DNA of 64,000 bases from an uncultured Solirubrobacteraceae bacterium. Lineage in GTDB: Bacteria; Actinomycetota; Thermoleophilia; Solirubrobacterales; Solirubrobacteraceae. This document shows positions 33,921-44,636 of the stretch, piece after piece. A program made the translations under genes and the position numbers. The stretch lies in NCBI GenBank assembly GCA_963733115.1, contig CAVTBW010000006.1:4405-68404 (forward strand). The letters are read 5' to 3'. The first letter of the stretch is position 1; every line of letters begins with the position of its first letter. The notes under the pieces were generated by a model that saw only the letters and a program-made list of their open reading frames with translations, ran no database searches and was not told the origin of the DNA.

Positions 33921-34683
33921 CAGCCGAACACGCGCGCGGCGTTGCGCTGCACCGTCGCGCCGAGCTCGTCGACGCCGACGCCGCGCAGCTCGGCGATGAA
34001 CGCGAGCGTGTAGGCGACGAACGCCGGCTGGTTGCGCTGCTTGCCTGGCCCTTCAGGGTACGCACGGCCTGCGGCGTCAAATAGGGCGCGTCGGTCTCGA
34101 CGAGCAGCCGCTCCTCGGGCACGCGCCGCGCGGCGTCGGCGAGGTCGGCGGCGCTCCTGTACGTGACGTTGCCGGCGAACGAGATCGCGTAGCCGCGCTC
34201 GACGCACTCGCCGAGGCGCTCGGGCATCGAGAAGCAGTGCAGCACGACGCTGACGCCGTCGGCTTCGGCGGCGAGCTGCGCGAGCGTCTCGTCCTCGGCC
34301 GCGCGCGAGTGGATCACGAGCGGCTTGCCGGTCTCGCGCGCGAGCGCGATCTGCGCGGCGAACGCGCGCCGCTGGTCCTCGACGGGCGCGCCCTCGCGGT
34401 AGAAGTCGAGGCCGGTCTCGCCGATCGCGCGGCAGCGCTCGTGCGCGGCGAGTGCCTGCAGCTCGGCGAGGTCGGCGTCGTCGAAGCCCTTCGCCGCGTT
34501 CGGATGGCGCCCGACGCCGGCGTAGACCTGCGGGAACGCTTCGGCCGCGGCGAGCGCGGCGCGGCAGGAGGCGCCGTCGATGCCGATCGTCAGGATCCGC
34601 GTGACGCCGGCCGCGTCGGCGGCCTCGACGAGCTCGGCGTCGCTCGGCTCGCAGAGGTCGAGGTGCGTGTGCGAGTCGATCAC
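33917..34683 (-). CDS. tatD: TatD-family deoxyribonuclease (frameshift near the 3' end)
   Basis: [34 protein letters not shown]. Confidence 0.93.
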
Positions 34684-36236
34684 GCGCCCGCGTCGCCGCA
34701 CTCGACCGCCGGCAGGTCCTTCGGGAACAGCGGCTCGAGCGTGCTGACGTGCTCGACGCCGCCCGTGCCGATCGCCGCGCCGGCGAGCGACAGGCCGGGC
34801 GTGCCGAGCGCCGCGAGCAGCCGTTCGCAGCTGACCGGCAGGTACGGCCAGAGCAGCACGCCGACCGTGCGAATGCCTTCGGCGAGCGTGCGCAGCACGC
34901 GGTCGAGCTCATCGGCGCGCGCCTCGTCCCTGGCGAGCTTCCACGGCGCCTGCTCCTCGACGTAGCGGTTCAGCCGCCGCACGCGCTGCCAGATCTCCTC
35001 GAGCGCGATCGTCAGCTCGGCGCGGTCGAGGCACTCCGAGACGCGCTCGGAGAGCCCGAGGAAGTCCCCGCGCAGCGCCGGGTCGACCTCGCCGGGGGAG
35101 ATCGCGCCGCCGCGATAGCGGACGATCATCGCGATCGTGCGGCTCGCGAGGTTGCCGAGGTCGTTGGCGAGCTCGGTCTCGTAGCGCTGCTCGAACGCCG
35201 CCGTCGAGACCGAGCCGTCCTGGCCGAGCGGCACGTCGCGCAGCAGGTAGAAGCGCAGCGCATCGGCGCCGAAGCGCTCGATCACGGCGAACGGGTCGAG
35301 CACGTTGCCAAGCGACTTGCTCATCTTCTCGCCGTCCATCAGCAGGAAGCCGTGGACGAACACGTGGCCTGGCAGCTCGAGCCCGGCGGCCATCAGCAGC
35401 GCCGGCCAGTAGACGGCGTGGAAGCGCAGGATGTCCTTGCCGATCAGGTGGTAGCTCGCCGGCCAGAACGTCTTGAGGAGATCGTCGGCCGCGTGCTCGT
35501 CGTCGAGCGTCTCCGGCGCGGGCGCGTAGGAGAGCGCCGTGTAGTAGTTCAGCAGCGCGTCGAACCAGACGTAGAAGACGTGCTCTTCGTCCCACGGCAC
35601 GGGCACGCCCCAGGTCAGCTTGTGGCGGCTCAGCGGTACGTCGCGCAGTCCCGAGCGGATGAACGAGAGCGCCTCGTTGTAGCGCGTGCGCGGCGCGACG
35701 AAGTCCTCGCGTTCGGCGTACAGCGCCTCCAGCCGATCCTGGAAGGCGGACAGCTTGAAGAAGTAGCTGTCCTCCTGCTCGCGCGTCAGCTCGATGTGGT
35801 GGATCGGGCAGCGGTTGCCCTCGTCGATTTCGTTCTCGGCCTTGAAGTCGGCGCAGCGCGGGCAGTACCACCCTTCGTAGGTGCCCTCGTAGACGAAGCC
35901 GTTCTCGCGCACGCGGGTGAGGACCTCCTGGACCTTCGCCATGTGCTGCGGATCGGTCGTGCGGATGAAGAAGTCGTTGCTCGCCTCGATCTGCGGCGCG
36001 AGCGCCTTGAAGCGCTCGGCGTTGCGGTCGGCGAGCTCCTGCGGTGAGATGCCGAGCGCGTGCGCCGCGTCGGCGACCGGCTCGCCGTGCTCGTCGGTAC
36101 CGGTCAGGAAGAACGTCGCCTCGCCGCGCTGGCGGTGGTGGCGCGCCATCACGTCGGCGGCGATCGTCGTGTACGCGTGGCCGAGGTGCGGCGCCGCGTT
36201 GACGTAGTAGATCGGCGTCGTGACGTAGAAAGACAT
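34680..36236 (-). CDS. metG: Methionyl-tRNA synthetase (short form)
   Basis: [15 protein letters not shown] (HIGH), GTDEHG, YVWFDAL, KMSKS. Confidence 0.97.
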   Translation of the reverse strand: MSFYVTTPIYYVNAAPHLGHAYTTIAADVMARHHRQRGEATFFLTGTDEHGEPVADAAHALGISPQELADRNAERFKALAPQIEASNDFFIRTTDPQHMAKVQEVLTRVRENGFVYEGTYEGWYCPRCADFKAENEIDEGNRCPIHHIELTREQEDSYFFKLSAFQDRLEALYAEREDFVAPRTRYNEALSFIRSGLRDVPLSRHKLTWGVPVPWDEEHVFYVWFDALLNYYTALSYAPAPETLDDEHAADDLLKTFWPASYHLIGKDILRFHAVYWPALLMAAGLELPGHVFVHGFLLMDGEKMSKSLGNVLDPFAVIERFGADALRFYLLRDVPLGQDGSVSTAAFEQRYETELANDLGNLASRTIAMIVRYRGGAISPGEVDPALRGDFLGLSERVSECLDRAELTIALEEIWQRVRRLNRYVEEQAPWKLARDEARADELDRVLRTLAEGIRTVGVLLWPYLPVSCERLLAALGTPGLSLAGAAIGTGGVEHVSTLEPLFPKDLPAVECGDAGA

Positions 36237-36269
36237 GCCGCGGCTCAGGCTACTGTCCCGCGCTCGCGC

Positions 36270-37115
36270 TCAGCGTCCGCCGGCCTCGCTCGTCAGCGCG
36301 CGGTACAGCTCGTTCGCGCCGGCGCCGGTCAGCTTCGCGACGGCGGCGGCCGCCGGGCGCGGTCGCGCGCCGGCGGCGATCAGCTCGCGCAGCGTCGCGA
36401 GCGCCTGCTCGTGGGCGACCGCCTCGCGCCCGCCGGCGGCGGCGCCGAGCACGAGCACGATCTCGCCGCGTGCCGGCGTCGCCGCGTAGTGCTCGGCGAG
36501 CGCGGCGGCGCAGTCGCGACGGACTTCCTCGTGCAGCTTGCTCAACTCGCGGCAGACGGCCGCCGGGCGGCGCGCGTCGAGCGCGGCGAGCGTCGCGAGC
36601 GTCGCGGCCAGCCGGCGCGGCGACTCGAACGCTACGAGCGTCTCGGCGGCACCGGCGAGCAGCGCCGTCAGCTCGGCGCGCTTGCGCGGCAGGAAGCCGA
36701 CGAACAGCCAGCGCTCGCACGGCAGCCCGGAGGCGACGAGCGCGGTCGTCACGGCGCTCGGCCCGGGCAGCACCTCGACGGCGACGCCGGCGTCGATGCA
36801 GGCGTGCACGAGCGCGAAGCCGGGGTCCGAGACGAGCGGCGTGCCGGCGTCCGAGACGAGCGCGATCGTCTCGCCGGCGCGAATCCGCGCGAGCAGCTCG
36901 GCGCTGCGCGCGCGTTCGTTGTGCTCGTGCAGGCTGAGCAGCGGCGCGGCGATCGAATGGCGCTCGAGCAGCACGCGCGTGTGGCGCGTGTCCTCGCAGG
37001 CGATCGCGTCGGCGTCGGCGAGCGCGTCGAGCACGCGCAGCGTCACGTCTCGCAGGTTGCCGATCGGCGTCGGGCAGACGAGCAGCCGCCCGGCAGCACC
37101 CTCCGCGCCAGTCAT
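36270..37115 (-). CDS. rsmI: 16S rRNA C1402 2'-O-methyltransferase
   Basis: PTPIGNLRDVTLR, CEDTRHT, VSDAGTPLVSDPG, RELSKLHEE. Confidence 0.96.
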   Translation of the reverse strand: MTGAEGAAGRLLVCPTPIGNLRDVTLRVLDALADADAIACEDTRHTRVLLERHSIAAPLLSLHEHNERARSAELLARIRAGETIALVSDAGTPLVSDPGFALVHACIDAGVAVEVLPGPSAVTTALVASGLPCERWLFVGFLPRKRAELTALLAGAAETLVAFESPRRLAATLATLAALDARRPAAVCRELSKLHEEVRRDCAAALAEHYAATPARGEIVLVLGAAAGGREAVAHEQALATLRELIAAGARPRPAAAAVAKLTGAGANELYRALTSEAGGR

Positions 37116-37138
37116 CACGCAAATATAGGGTCCGCTCG

Positions 37139-38275
37139 ATGACCGACGAGCAATCGCCGCCGCCGCGCTACACGCGCTACCGCGCGCGCCCGCGCCTGCT
37201 CGGCGAGCGCGAAGACGAGCGCGCGACGCTCGGCGGCGCCGCTCCGGCTGGCGGCGGCGAGAGCGGCGGGCGGCGCGGACGGCGCCGGCGCCCACGCCGG
37301 CCGGGAGCGGTCCTCGACGCGCGGCCGTGGTGGCGGCGGCTGACGTTCAAGCGCGTCGTGCTCGCGCTGATCGCGCTGATCTTCGCGTGGCTGGCGCTCT
37401 CGCTCGTGCTGTTCCTGATCAGCTCGCACTTCGAGCGCACCGCGCCGCCGGGCAACGTCGCGAGCGTGCTCGATCCGGCCGGCTACCCGCTGACGTCGGC
37501 GAACAACATCCTCGTGCTCGGCTCCGACCGTCGCCAGAAGAACTCGAAGGAACCGGGGGCCGAAACGACCGGTCCGGGCCGCTCGGACTCGATCATGCTG
37601 ATCCGCACCGGCGGCGGGCACGCGGCGCGCCTGTCGATCCCGCGCGACACGGTCGTCGAGATCCCGGGCCACGGCCTGCAGAAGATCAACGCCGCGCACG
37701 AGTTCGGCGGACCGGCGGAGTCGATCTCGGTGATCAAGCACTGGCTCGACATCCCGATCAACCACGTCGTCGAAGTCAACTTCGAAAACTTCCCGGCGCT
37801 CGTCGACGCGATGGGCGGCGTCGACTACACCGGCGGCTGCATCGTCTCGCGGCTCGACGGCGGCTTTCGCGCGGGCGGCTTCACGCTGCGCCTGAGCAAG
37901 GGCACGCACCACCTCGACGGCAAGGAAGCGCTTGCGCTGGCGCGCACGCGCGAGAACCTCTGCGCGCCGAACGAGACCGACCTGCAGCGCGAGGAACACC
38001 AGCAGGCGCTGTTCACCGACATGAAGTCGCAGCTGCTGTCGTTCTCGAGCTTCGTCCGCCTGCCGCTGATCGCGTGGAACGCGCCGCCGGCGATCATCTC
38101 GGACATGAGCGGCCCGACGCTGCTCGGCCTGTTCGGCGCGCTAGCGATCTCCGGCACGCCGCCGACGCAGGTGCTCAAACCGACCGGCCAGACGACGCTG
38201 CCCGAAGGAGGCGAAGGCCTGACCGTCACCGAATCCGCACGCCGCGCCGCGGTCGCGCGCTTCATGTCCGGCTGA
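37139..38275 (+). CDS. LCP (LytR-CpsA-Psr) family protein
   Basis: TM helix; NILVLGSD, RSDSIML, SIPRDT, KINAA. Confidence 0.93.
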   Translation: MTDEQSPPPRYTRYRARPRLLGEREDERATLGGAAPAGGGESGGRRGRRRRPRRPGAVLDARPWWRRLTFKRVVLALIALIFAWLALSLVLFLISSHFERTAPPGNVASVLDPAGYPLTSANNILVLGSDRRQKNSKEPGAETTGPGRSDSIMLIRTGGGHAARLSIPRDTVVEIPGHGLQKINAAHEFGGPAESISVIKHWLDIPINHVVEVNFENFPALVDAMGGVDYTGGCIVSRLDGGFRAGGFTLRLSKGTHHLDGKEALALARTRENLCAPNETDLQREEHQQALFTDMKSQLLSFSSFVRLPLIAWNAPPAIISDMSGPTLLGLFGALAISGTPPTQVLKPTGQTTLPEGGEGLTVTESARRAAVARFMSG

Positions 38276-38324
38276 CGCGCGCTCGATTCCGGCCGACGCG
38301 CGGCCGGCCGGGCACGTCTGACGC

Positions 38325-38714
38325 TCAGCCGGTCTTGCTCGCGGCCGGCTTCGCGTCTTTGCCCTTGCCGGAGTCCTTCGATGCCTTCTCGCCCTTGCTC
38401 GCGCCGCCTGCGCTCTCGCCGGAGGAGCTGCTGGAGGCGGCGGCGTCCTTCGCCGGAGCGCCCTTCTCGCCGGAGTCGGTCGTCGAGTCCTTGGAAGTCG
38501 AGCCCTCAGCTGCGGCGGCCGTCTCGCGCTGGCGCTTGCGCGTGCCGTAGTCGGTGTTGTAGAAGCCTTTGCCCTTGAAGTGGACCGCGGGCGGGTGCAG
38601 GACGCGTTCGACGGGAACGCCGCTGTCGGGGTCGACGGTCAGCGGGTCGTCGCTGAACGACTGCTGCATCTCGAACGTCGTCCCATCGGGGCGTCGGTAC
38701 TCGTAGATCGGCAT
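38325..38714 (-). CDS. FmdB-family regulatory protein (cysteine-free variant)
   Basis: MPIYEY...FKGKGFYNTDY with a low-complexity tail. Confidence 0.85.
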   Translation of the reverse strand: MPIYEYRRPDGTTFEMQQSFSDDPLTVDPDSGVPVERVLHPPAVHFKGKGFYNTDYGTRKRQRETAAAAEGSTSKDSTTDSGEKGAPAKDAAASSSSSGESAGGASKGEKASKDSGKGKDAKPAASKTG

Positions 38715-38723
38715 CTGTTGAAG

Positions 38724-39386
38724 CTAATCGGTCAGCAGCGCGCGCACGGCGAGGATGCCGGCCTGGACGGTCGCGCCGAAATCGCGCTCGGGCTCGGCGA
38801 GCATCCGCAGCGCGAACACCGTCGCCGAGCGAGAAGAGGATCTCGGCGACCGCCTCGGGCTCGGCGTGCAGGCGCAGAATGCCCTCGCGCTCGGCGCCCG
38901 AGAGCATCGCGGCTACCTGTTCGCGCATCTTGCGCATCAGGCCGCCGTACTCGACGGCGATGTCGGCGTTGCGCCGCGAGAGCGTGAACAGCTCGAAGAC
39001 GAGCGTGACGAACTCGGGCTCGTCGTGCACCGTCTCCTGCAGGTTCTGCGCCATCAGGTCGATGTAGTCGTCGGCGGACTTCGCGGCGGCGAGCTGCCTT
39101 CGAGCAGCTCCATCCGCAGCTCGCAGTCGCGGCGGACGGCCTCGACGAGCAGCTGCTCCTTCGTGCCGAAGTAGTAGTGCAGCAGCCCGCGCGAGACGCC
39201 TGCCTCGCGCGAGACGTGGTCGAAGGTCGAGCCGGCCGTGCCGCGCTGAGCGACGCTGCGGCGCATCGCCTCGACGATGCGCTGCGCCTTCTCGCCCGAG
39301 AGCGAACGCGCTGGCGAGCGCTTCGGGGCGGAGGCCGTCCTCCGCCGCGTCGCTCTCGATCGTTGCTGCGTCCACGCTGCGCTCAT
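38724..39386 (-). CDS. TetR/AcrR-family regulator (frameshifted)
   Basis: STFDHVSREAGVSRGLLHYYFGTKEQLL. Confidence 0.9.
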
Positions 39387-39399
39387 CCTTGCGGGCTGG

Positions 39400-39864
39400 A
39401 ACGGCTGAGGCGCTCGTCGCGGCGGCCGGCGCGGGCTGCGGCGGGGCGGTCGTCGAGCTGTAGTCGAACTCCTCCTCGGCGCCGAACAGCAGGTCGAGCA
39501 CCTTCGAGCGCAGGCCCTCGCTGAGCGCGAGCGCAAGCACGCCGGCGACGGCGAGCAGCAGCAGCGAACGTCCGAGGCCGCCTTTGCGCCGCCGGCGCTT
39601 GGGCTGCTCGCGCAGCGAAGCTCGATGCGTCGCGCAGCGCGTCGCCGCCTCGCTGAGCTCGCGCTGGAGCTTGCGATCCTCGAACAGCGCCTGCGTCGCA
39701 GGCTTGCCGTTGCTCATCCGCCCGTATGCGCTGCGCGCGGCGCCATATGCCGCGAGCAGGCAGCCGCGCAGCTCCTCGTCCTCGATCAGGCGCTGCAGGT
39801 AGCGGTTGCGCTGCGCTGCCCGCGCCGCCTCTGAAGCCTTGTTGATCCTGTCCTTCGCTGCCAT
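39400..39864 (-). CDS. Hypothetical membrane-anchored protein (3' end approximate)
   Basis: MAAKDRINK...YLQRLIEDEELR...LLLLAVAGVLALALSEGLRSKVLDLLFGAEEEFDY. Confidence 0.7.
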
Positions 39865-39912
39865 CACCGAACCTCGTCTCTGCCGAAGCTTTGTTGGGTC
39901 TAACGGCCAAAT

Positions 39913-39938
39913 ATACCCTCCCGGCGATCGCCGATAAC
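39913..39938 (-). promoter_or_regulatory. SigB/SigF-type general-stress promoter candidate (GTTA-N16-GGGTAT)
   Basis: Matches the GTTT-N14..17-GGGTAT-type consensus about 50 nt upstream of the 39864 start. Confidence 0.55.
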
Positions 39939-39994
39939 GATCGCGCCGGGCGCGCCGGGTGACGCGTCGCGAGGACATGCGAGGCTTGGCGCCG

Positions 39995-41211
39995 ATGCCG
40001 AGCTTCCAGGCGACGATGACCGTGCTGGGCGTGCTGCTGATGCTCGGCGCGCTCGCGTCGGGGATCGCGCGGCGCTCGATGCTCTCGCTCGCCGCGCTGT
40101 TCGTGCTCGCCGGCTTCGCGCTCGGCAACGGCGCGCTGCGACTGGATCGACTTCCGCGCGCGCTCGGGCTTCGTCGAGGATCTCGCGTTCGCGGCGCTGA
40201 TCGTGATCCTGTTCCGCGACGGCCTCGAGGTCGAGGGCGAGATGCTCCAGCGCGCGTGGCACCTGCCGCTGCGCAAGCTCGTGCTCGGCGATGCCGATGA
40301 CGCGGTCATCGTCGCGGCGGCCGCGCGCGTGCTGATCGGCCTGAGCTGGACCGAGTCGTTCCTGCTCGGCGCGCTGCTCTCGCCGACCGATCCGGTCCTG
40401 ACGTCGAGCATCGTCACGAACCCGCGCGTGCCGCGCCTCGTGCGCCACTCGCTGAACCTCGAGTCGGGGCTCAACGACGGCCTCGCGCTGCCCGCCGTGC
40501 TGGCGTTCGCGCGGCGCTCGAAGTCGAGCTCCACGGCTTCGTCTGGTGGCGCTTCGTGCTGCAGGACGTCGGTCTCGGGTTCCTCTTCGGAATCGCCTGC
40601 GGCTGGCTCGCCTCGCTGCTGTTGCCGCGCGAGAGCGGCGCGCCGCCGGCGCTTTCGATCCCGGCGCACCAGAAGTCGCTGTTCGCGCCTCGGCGTGGCG
40701 TTCGCGACCTACGGCGTGACCGTGCTCTCGCCGAAAGGCAACGGCTTCATCGCGGTGTTCGTCGCGGCGATCGTGCTCGGCGTGCGCCGGCCCGACGCGC
40801 GCGTGCACTTCGAGCGCAACGCCGAGGAGATCGTCGAAATCGTCAAGCTCGGCATCTTCTTCGTGTTCGGCTCGCTGCTGACGCTGCACGCGTTCACGCG
40901 CGAGGGCTGGGCGGCGCTCGCGCTCGTCGCGGTCGTCTTCCTGATCGCGCGCCCGCTCGCCGTGTGGCTCGCGCTCGCGGGCACGCGCACCGACGCGGCG
41001 ACGCGCCTGTTCATGGGCTGGTTCGGTCCGAAGGGCGTCGCGACGATGACGTTCGCGCTGATCGTGCTCGACGGTCACGTCACGGCCGGCTCGCGGATCT
41101 TCGACCTGACGGCGCTCGTCGTGTTCTGCTCGATCGTCGTGCACGGCGTCAGCGACACGCCGGGCGCCGAGTGGATCGCGCGGCGTGCCGAACGCCGCCA
41201 CGCCTCACTGA
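39995..41211 (+). CDS. CPA1/NhaP-type cation:proton antiporter (frameshifted; end approximate)
   Basis: LSPTDPVL, LESGLNDGLALP, GWFGPKGVA; many TM segments. Confidence 0.9.
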
Positions 41212-41219
41212 CGCGAAGT

Positions 41220-41459
41220 TCAGGACGCGTACAGCGCAGCCTGCTCCTGCGCCGAGGGAAAAGCCCACGCGGCGCGCGAGCGGCGCTCCTGGCGAAAGAC
41301 GAAGCGCAGCTGCTGCGGCGGGCGCAGCTGCGCCTCGTTGGGGCGGAACGTCGAGCACGGCTCGGGCAGGTCGAGAGCACAGAGGAGGTTGCACCGGAAA
41401 TAGCATTCGTCGCAGCTGACCTTCTTCGTCGACCGCTTGCCCTGCGCTCTGCTCGCCAC
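41220..41459 (-). CDS. Small cysteine-rich protein
   Basis: SCDECYFRCNLLCALDLPEPCSTFRP; typical codon usage; fills the intergenic gap. Confidence 0.7.
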   Translation of the reverse strand: MASRAQGKRSTKKVSCDECYFRCNLLCALDLPEPCSTFRPNEAQLRPPQQLRFVFRQERRSRAAWAFPSAQEQAALYAS

Positions 41460-41647
41460 TCACTGCCTCCTGCCACCATCGGATTGAACGGACGGCAGGC
41501 ATCAAAGCACCGCCGGCGCGAGCCGGACGGCGGCTAGTGCGCAAATCGCAGACAAAACCGGCTGCTATCCGGAAAGACCCGCCAAAGCGTCACGAGGATG
41601 TGACAATCGCACGAAGTCGGCGCACTTTGCGGTCATCATGTGCGCAG

Positions 41648-42574
41648 ATGCGGATCCTCGTCACCGGCGCCGGCGGCTTCGTCGGCTCGCTGCTCGTTCC
41701 GAGGCTGCTCGCCGAGGGACACGACGTGATCGGGCTCTCGCGCGAACCGGCGCGCGTGCACTCGCCGGCGCCGATCGTGCGCGGCGATGCGCTGAACGGC
41801 GAAGGCCTGACGGCGGCGCTCGACGGCGTCGAGCTCGCTTACTACCTGATCCACTCGATGGAGCACGCGCCGCGCGAGCGCGTCTCACGCGAGCTCGCGT
41901 CGTTCGCAGAGCGCGACCGCCGCGCCGCCGAGACGTTCGCGGCGACGGCCGCGCGCGCCGGCGTGCGGCGGATCGTCTACCTCGGCGGGCTGCAGGGCGG
42001 CGCGCATCTCTCGCGGCACCTCGACAGTCGCGGCGAGGTCGAGCGGATCCTGCTCGACGCCGTCGGCGACTCGGTCGCGCTGCGCGCCTCGATCGTGATC
42101 GGCGCGCGCTCGCGCTCGTTCCGCCTGCTCGTTCACCTCGTCGAGCGGATGCGCGTGCTGACGCTGCCGGCATGGCGCCGGTACAGGACGCAGCCGATCG
42201 ACGAGCGTGATGTGACGGAGATGCTCGTCTCCTCGGCGACGGCTCAGATCGGCGGGCGATCGCTCGACGTCGGCGGCCCCGACGTGCTGTCCTACGGCGA
42301 GATGATCGAGCGGATCGCCGACCTGATGCTCGTCAGTCGACCGTCGCTCGGTTTCAGGGTGAGCGCGACACCGCTGACGGCGCGCGTCGCGGCGGCGATC
42401 GCAGGCGAGGAACCGGAGCTCGTGATCGCGCTGATGGAGAGCCTCGCCGGCGATCTGCTGCCGGCCGACGACCGCGCGGCGGAGTTGCTCGGCGTGCATT
42501 TGCACTCATTCGACGCGGCGGTCGAACATGCGCTGAGCGAGTGGGAACGAAGCGAGCCGCTCGCGGCGCGCTGA
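41648..42574 (+). CDS. NAD(P)-binding atypical SDR/epimerase
   Basis: ILVTGAGGFVG, YYLIHSM, HLDSRGEVE, LRASIVIG. Confidence 0.9.
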   Translation: MRILVTGAGGFVGSLLVPRLLAEGHDVIGLSREPARVHSPAPIVRGDALNGEGLTAALDGVELAYYLIHSMEHAPRERVSRELASFAERDRRAAETFAATAARAGVRRIVYLGGLQGGAHLSRHLDSRGEVERILLDAVGDSVALRASIVIGARSRSFRLLVHLVERMRVLTLPAWRRYRTQPIDERDVTEMLVSSATAQIGGRSLDVGGPDVLSYGEMIERIADLMLVSRPSLGFRVSATPLTARVAAAIAGEEPELVIALMESLAGDLLPADDRAAELLGVHLHSFDAAVEHALSEWERSEPLAAR

Positions 42575-42587
42575 TGGGCGATCGTCG

Positions 42588-43049
42588 ATGAGCGTCGTCA
42601 CCGCGTCCACGCGGATCGCGGCGCCGCGCGAGGAGGTGTGGAAGATGGTGATGGACCCGCGCCGCCTGCAGGACTGGGTCACGATTCACCGCAAGCTGCT
42701 ACGTGCCGACAGCGGCGCCGCGCGCGTCGGCTTCGAGATGGAGCAGCAGATCCACCTGCGCGGTGTCAGCCTCGACGTGCGCTGGGAGCTCGTCGAGTGC
42801 GAGCCGTGTGAGAAGGCCGTCTGGGAGGGTCGCGGCCCGGCGCGCTCGCGCGCGCACACCGAATATGTCCTGCGCGAGGAGCGCGGCGGGACGCGCTTTG
42901 ACTATCGCAACGAGTTCCGCCCACCGCTCGGCGTCGTCGGCGCGCTTGCCAGTCGCGCGCTCGTCGGAGGAATGCCCGAACGCGAGGCGAAACGGACGCT
43001 GGACCGCTTGCGCACATGTCTCGAGAAGCGGTTCTCGTCAGCGGGGTAG
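42588..43049 (+). CDS. SRPBCC/START-family protein
   Basis: IAAPREEVWKMVMDP...GGTRFDY; polyketide-cyclase-like pattern. Confidence 0.85.
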   Translation: MSVVTASTRIAAPREEVWKMVMDPRRLQDWVTIHRKLLRADSGAARVGFEMEQQIHLRGVSLDVRWELVECEPCEKAVWEGRGPARSRAHTEYVLREERGGTRFDYRNEFRPPLGVVGALASRALVGGMPEREAKRTLDRLRTCLEKRFSSAG

Positions 43050-43070
43050 TAAGGTAATTGGCAAAACTGT

Positions 43071-43113
43071 ACGCAGGTTTACTGCGTGTTTATCTAGTGA
43101 ATAGGATGCAACC
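43071..43113 (+). promoter_or_regulatory. AT-rich leaderless promoter with an inverted repeat
   Basis: ACGCAG-gttta-CTGCGT at 43071-43087; TAGGAT at 43102-43107, 6 nt before the GTG. Confidence 0.6.
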
Positions 43114-43572
43114 GTGACCGACTTCCTTGACGAGAAGCGCAAAGAGATCGCCGACCGGCTGAAAGAGCTCAAGCCGGCGGTCGACGAGTACACCCGACTC
43201 GAGGCCGCCGCCTCAGCGCTGCAGGGCGTCGGTGGAACCGCTACGGCAACCGCGGCGCCGCGCCGCCGCGGCCCCGGGCGCCCGCGCGGCTCGGTCGGTC
43301 GCAAAGCCGTCGCCGCAGCGGCCGCGCCGGCGAAAGCGACCGGCAAAAAACCAGGCCGCCCCGCCGGCAAACGGCGCGCGGGCCGGCGCAAAGGCAGTGG
43401 CACGCGCGCGGCCGAGGCGCTCTCGTTCGTGCAGGGCCAGCCGGGCATCACGATTCCGGAGCTCGCCGCGAAGATGGGCATCAAGCAGAACTACCTCTAC
43501 CGCGTGCTCCCCGGGCTCGAGCAGGAAAACAAGGTCTCGAAGCAGGGACGAGGTTGGCACCCGAAGGGTTAG
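43114..43572 (+). CDS. Putative nucleoid-associated protein (coiled coil, AT-hook-like motifs, winged HTH)
   Basis: N-terminal amphipathic helix; RRRGPGRPRG and KKPGRPAG; GQPGITIPELAAKMGIKQNYLYRVL. Confidence 0.75.
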   Translation: MTDFLDEKRKEIADRLKELKPAVDEYTRLEAAASALQGVGGTATATAAPRRRGPGRPRGSVGRKAVAAAAAPAKATGKKPGRPAGKRRAGRRKGSGTRAAEALSFVQGQPGITIPELAAKMGIKQNYLYRVLPGLEQENKVSKQGRGWHPKG

Positions 43573-43588
43573 TCGTCGTCTTCATCTC

Positions 43589-43628
43589 AAAAAAAGGGCG
43601 TGGCTCCTCTCGGAACCACGCCCTTTTT
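43589..43628. terminator. Bidirectional intrinsic terminator
   Basis: AAAAAGGGCGTGG...CCACGCCCTTTTT between convergent genes. Confidence 0.88.
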
Positions 43629-43652
43629 GTTTCCAGTGAGTAGAACTTCCGG

Positions 43653-44636
43653 CTAGATCATTCCCTGCTGTTTGACGGTCTCGCGCTCGTCGTTCAGCTC
43701 GGCGACCGAGAGGTCGATCTTCGCGCGTGAGAACTCGTCGAGCTCGAGGCCCTGCACGATCGAGTACTCGCCGCCGGTGCACGTGCACGGGAAGCCGCTG
43801 ATCAGGCCCTCGGGGATGCCGTAGGAGCCGTCGGACGGGATTCCCATCGAGACCCAGCCGCCGTTCGTGCCTTTGACCCAGTCGCGCACGTGGTCGATCG
43901 CGGCGCTTGCCGCCGACGCCGCGCTCGACGCGCCGCGCGCCTCGATGATCGCGGCACCGCGTTTGCCGACGTTCGGCAGGAAGTCGTCTTCGATCCACGC
44001 CTGGTCGTCGACGACGGCCGCCGCCTGCTTGCCGCCGACCTCGGCGTGGAACAGGTCGGGGTACATCGTCGGCGAGTGGTTGCCCCAGACGCCCATCTTG
44101 CTGACGTCGGTGACCGGCACCTCGAGCTTGTTCGCGAGCTGCGCGATCGCGCGGTTGTGGTCGAGGCGCATCATCGACGTGAAGCGCTCGTTCGGGATGT
44201 CGGGAGCGTTGTTCATCGCGATCAGGCAGTTCGTGTTCGCGGGGTTGCCGACGACGAGCACCTTGACGTCGTCGGCCGCGACGTCGTTGAGCGCCTTGCC
44301 CTGCACCGTGAAGATCTCGCCGTTTGCGCTGAGCAGCTCGGCGCGCTCCATGCCCTTCGTCCGCGGACGCGAGCCGACGAGCAGCGCGACGTTCGTGCCG
44401 TCGAACGCGTCGGCCGGGTGATCGTGCAGGTCGAGACCGGCGAGCAGCGGGAAGGCGCAGTCGATCAGCTCCATCGCGACGCCCTCGAGCGCGCCCATCG
44501 CCGGCGAGATCTCGAGCAGCCGCAGGTCGACCGGCTGGTCCTCGCCGAGCAGCTGGCCGCTGGCGATGCGAAAGACGATGCTGTAGCCGATCTGACCGGC
44601 GGCGCCGGTGACGGTCACACGAACGGGATTGCTCAC
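43653..44636 (-). CDS. mdh: Malate dehydrogenase
   Basis: [31 protein letters not shown]. Confidence 0.97.
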   Translation of the reverse strand: MSNPVRVTVTGAAGQIGYSIVFRIASGQLLGEDQPVDLRLLEISPAMGALEGVAMELIDCAFPLLAGLDLHDHPADAFDGTNVALLVGSRPRTKGMERAELLSANGEIFTVQGKALNDVAADDVKVLVVGNPANTNCLIAMNNAPDIPNERFTSMMRLDHNRAIAQLANKLEVPVTDVSKMGVWGNHSPTMYPDLFHAEVGGKQAAAVVDDQAWIEDDFLPNVGKRGAAIIEARGASSAASAASAAIDHVRDWVKGTNGGWVSMGIPSDGSYGIPEGLISGFPCTCTGGEYSIVQGLELDEFSRAKIDLSVAELNDERETVKQQGMI

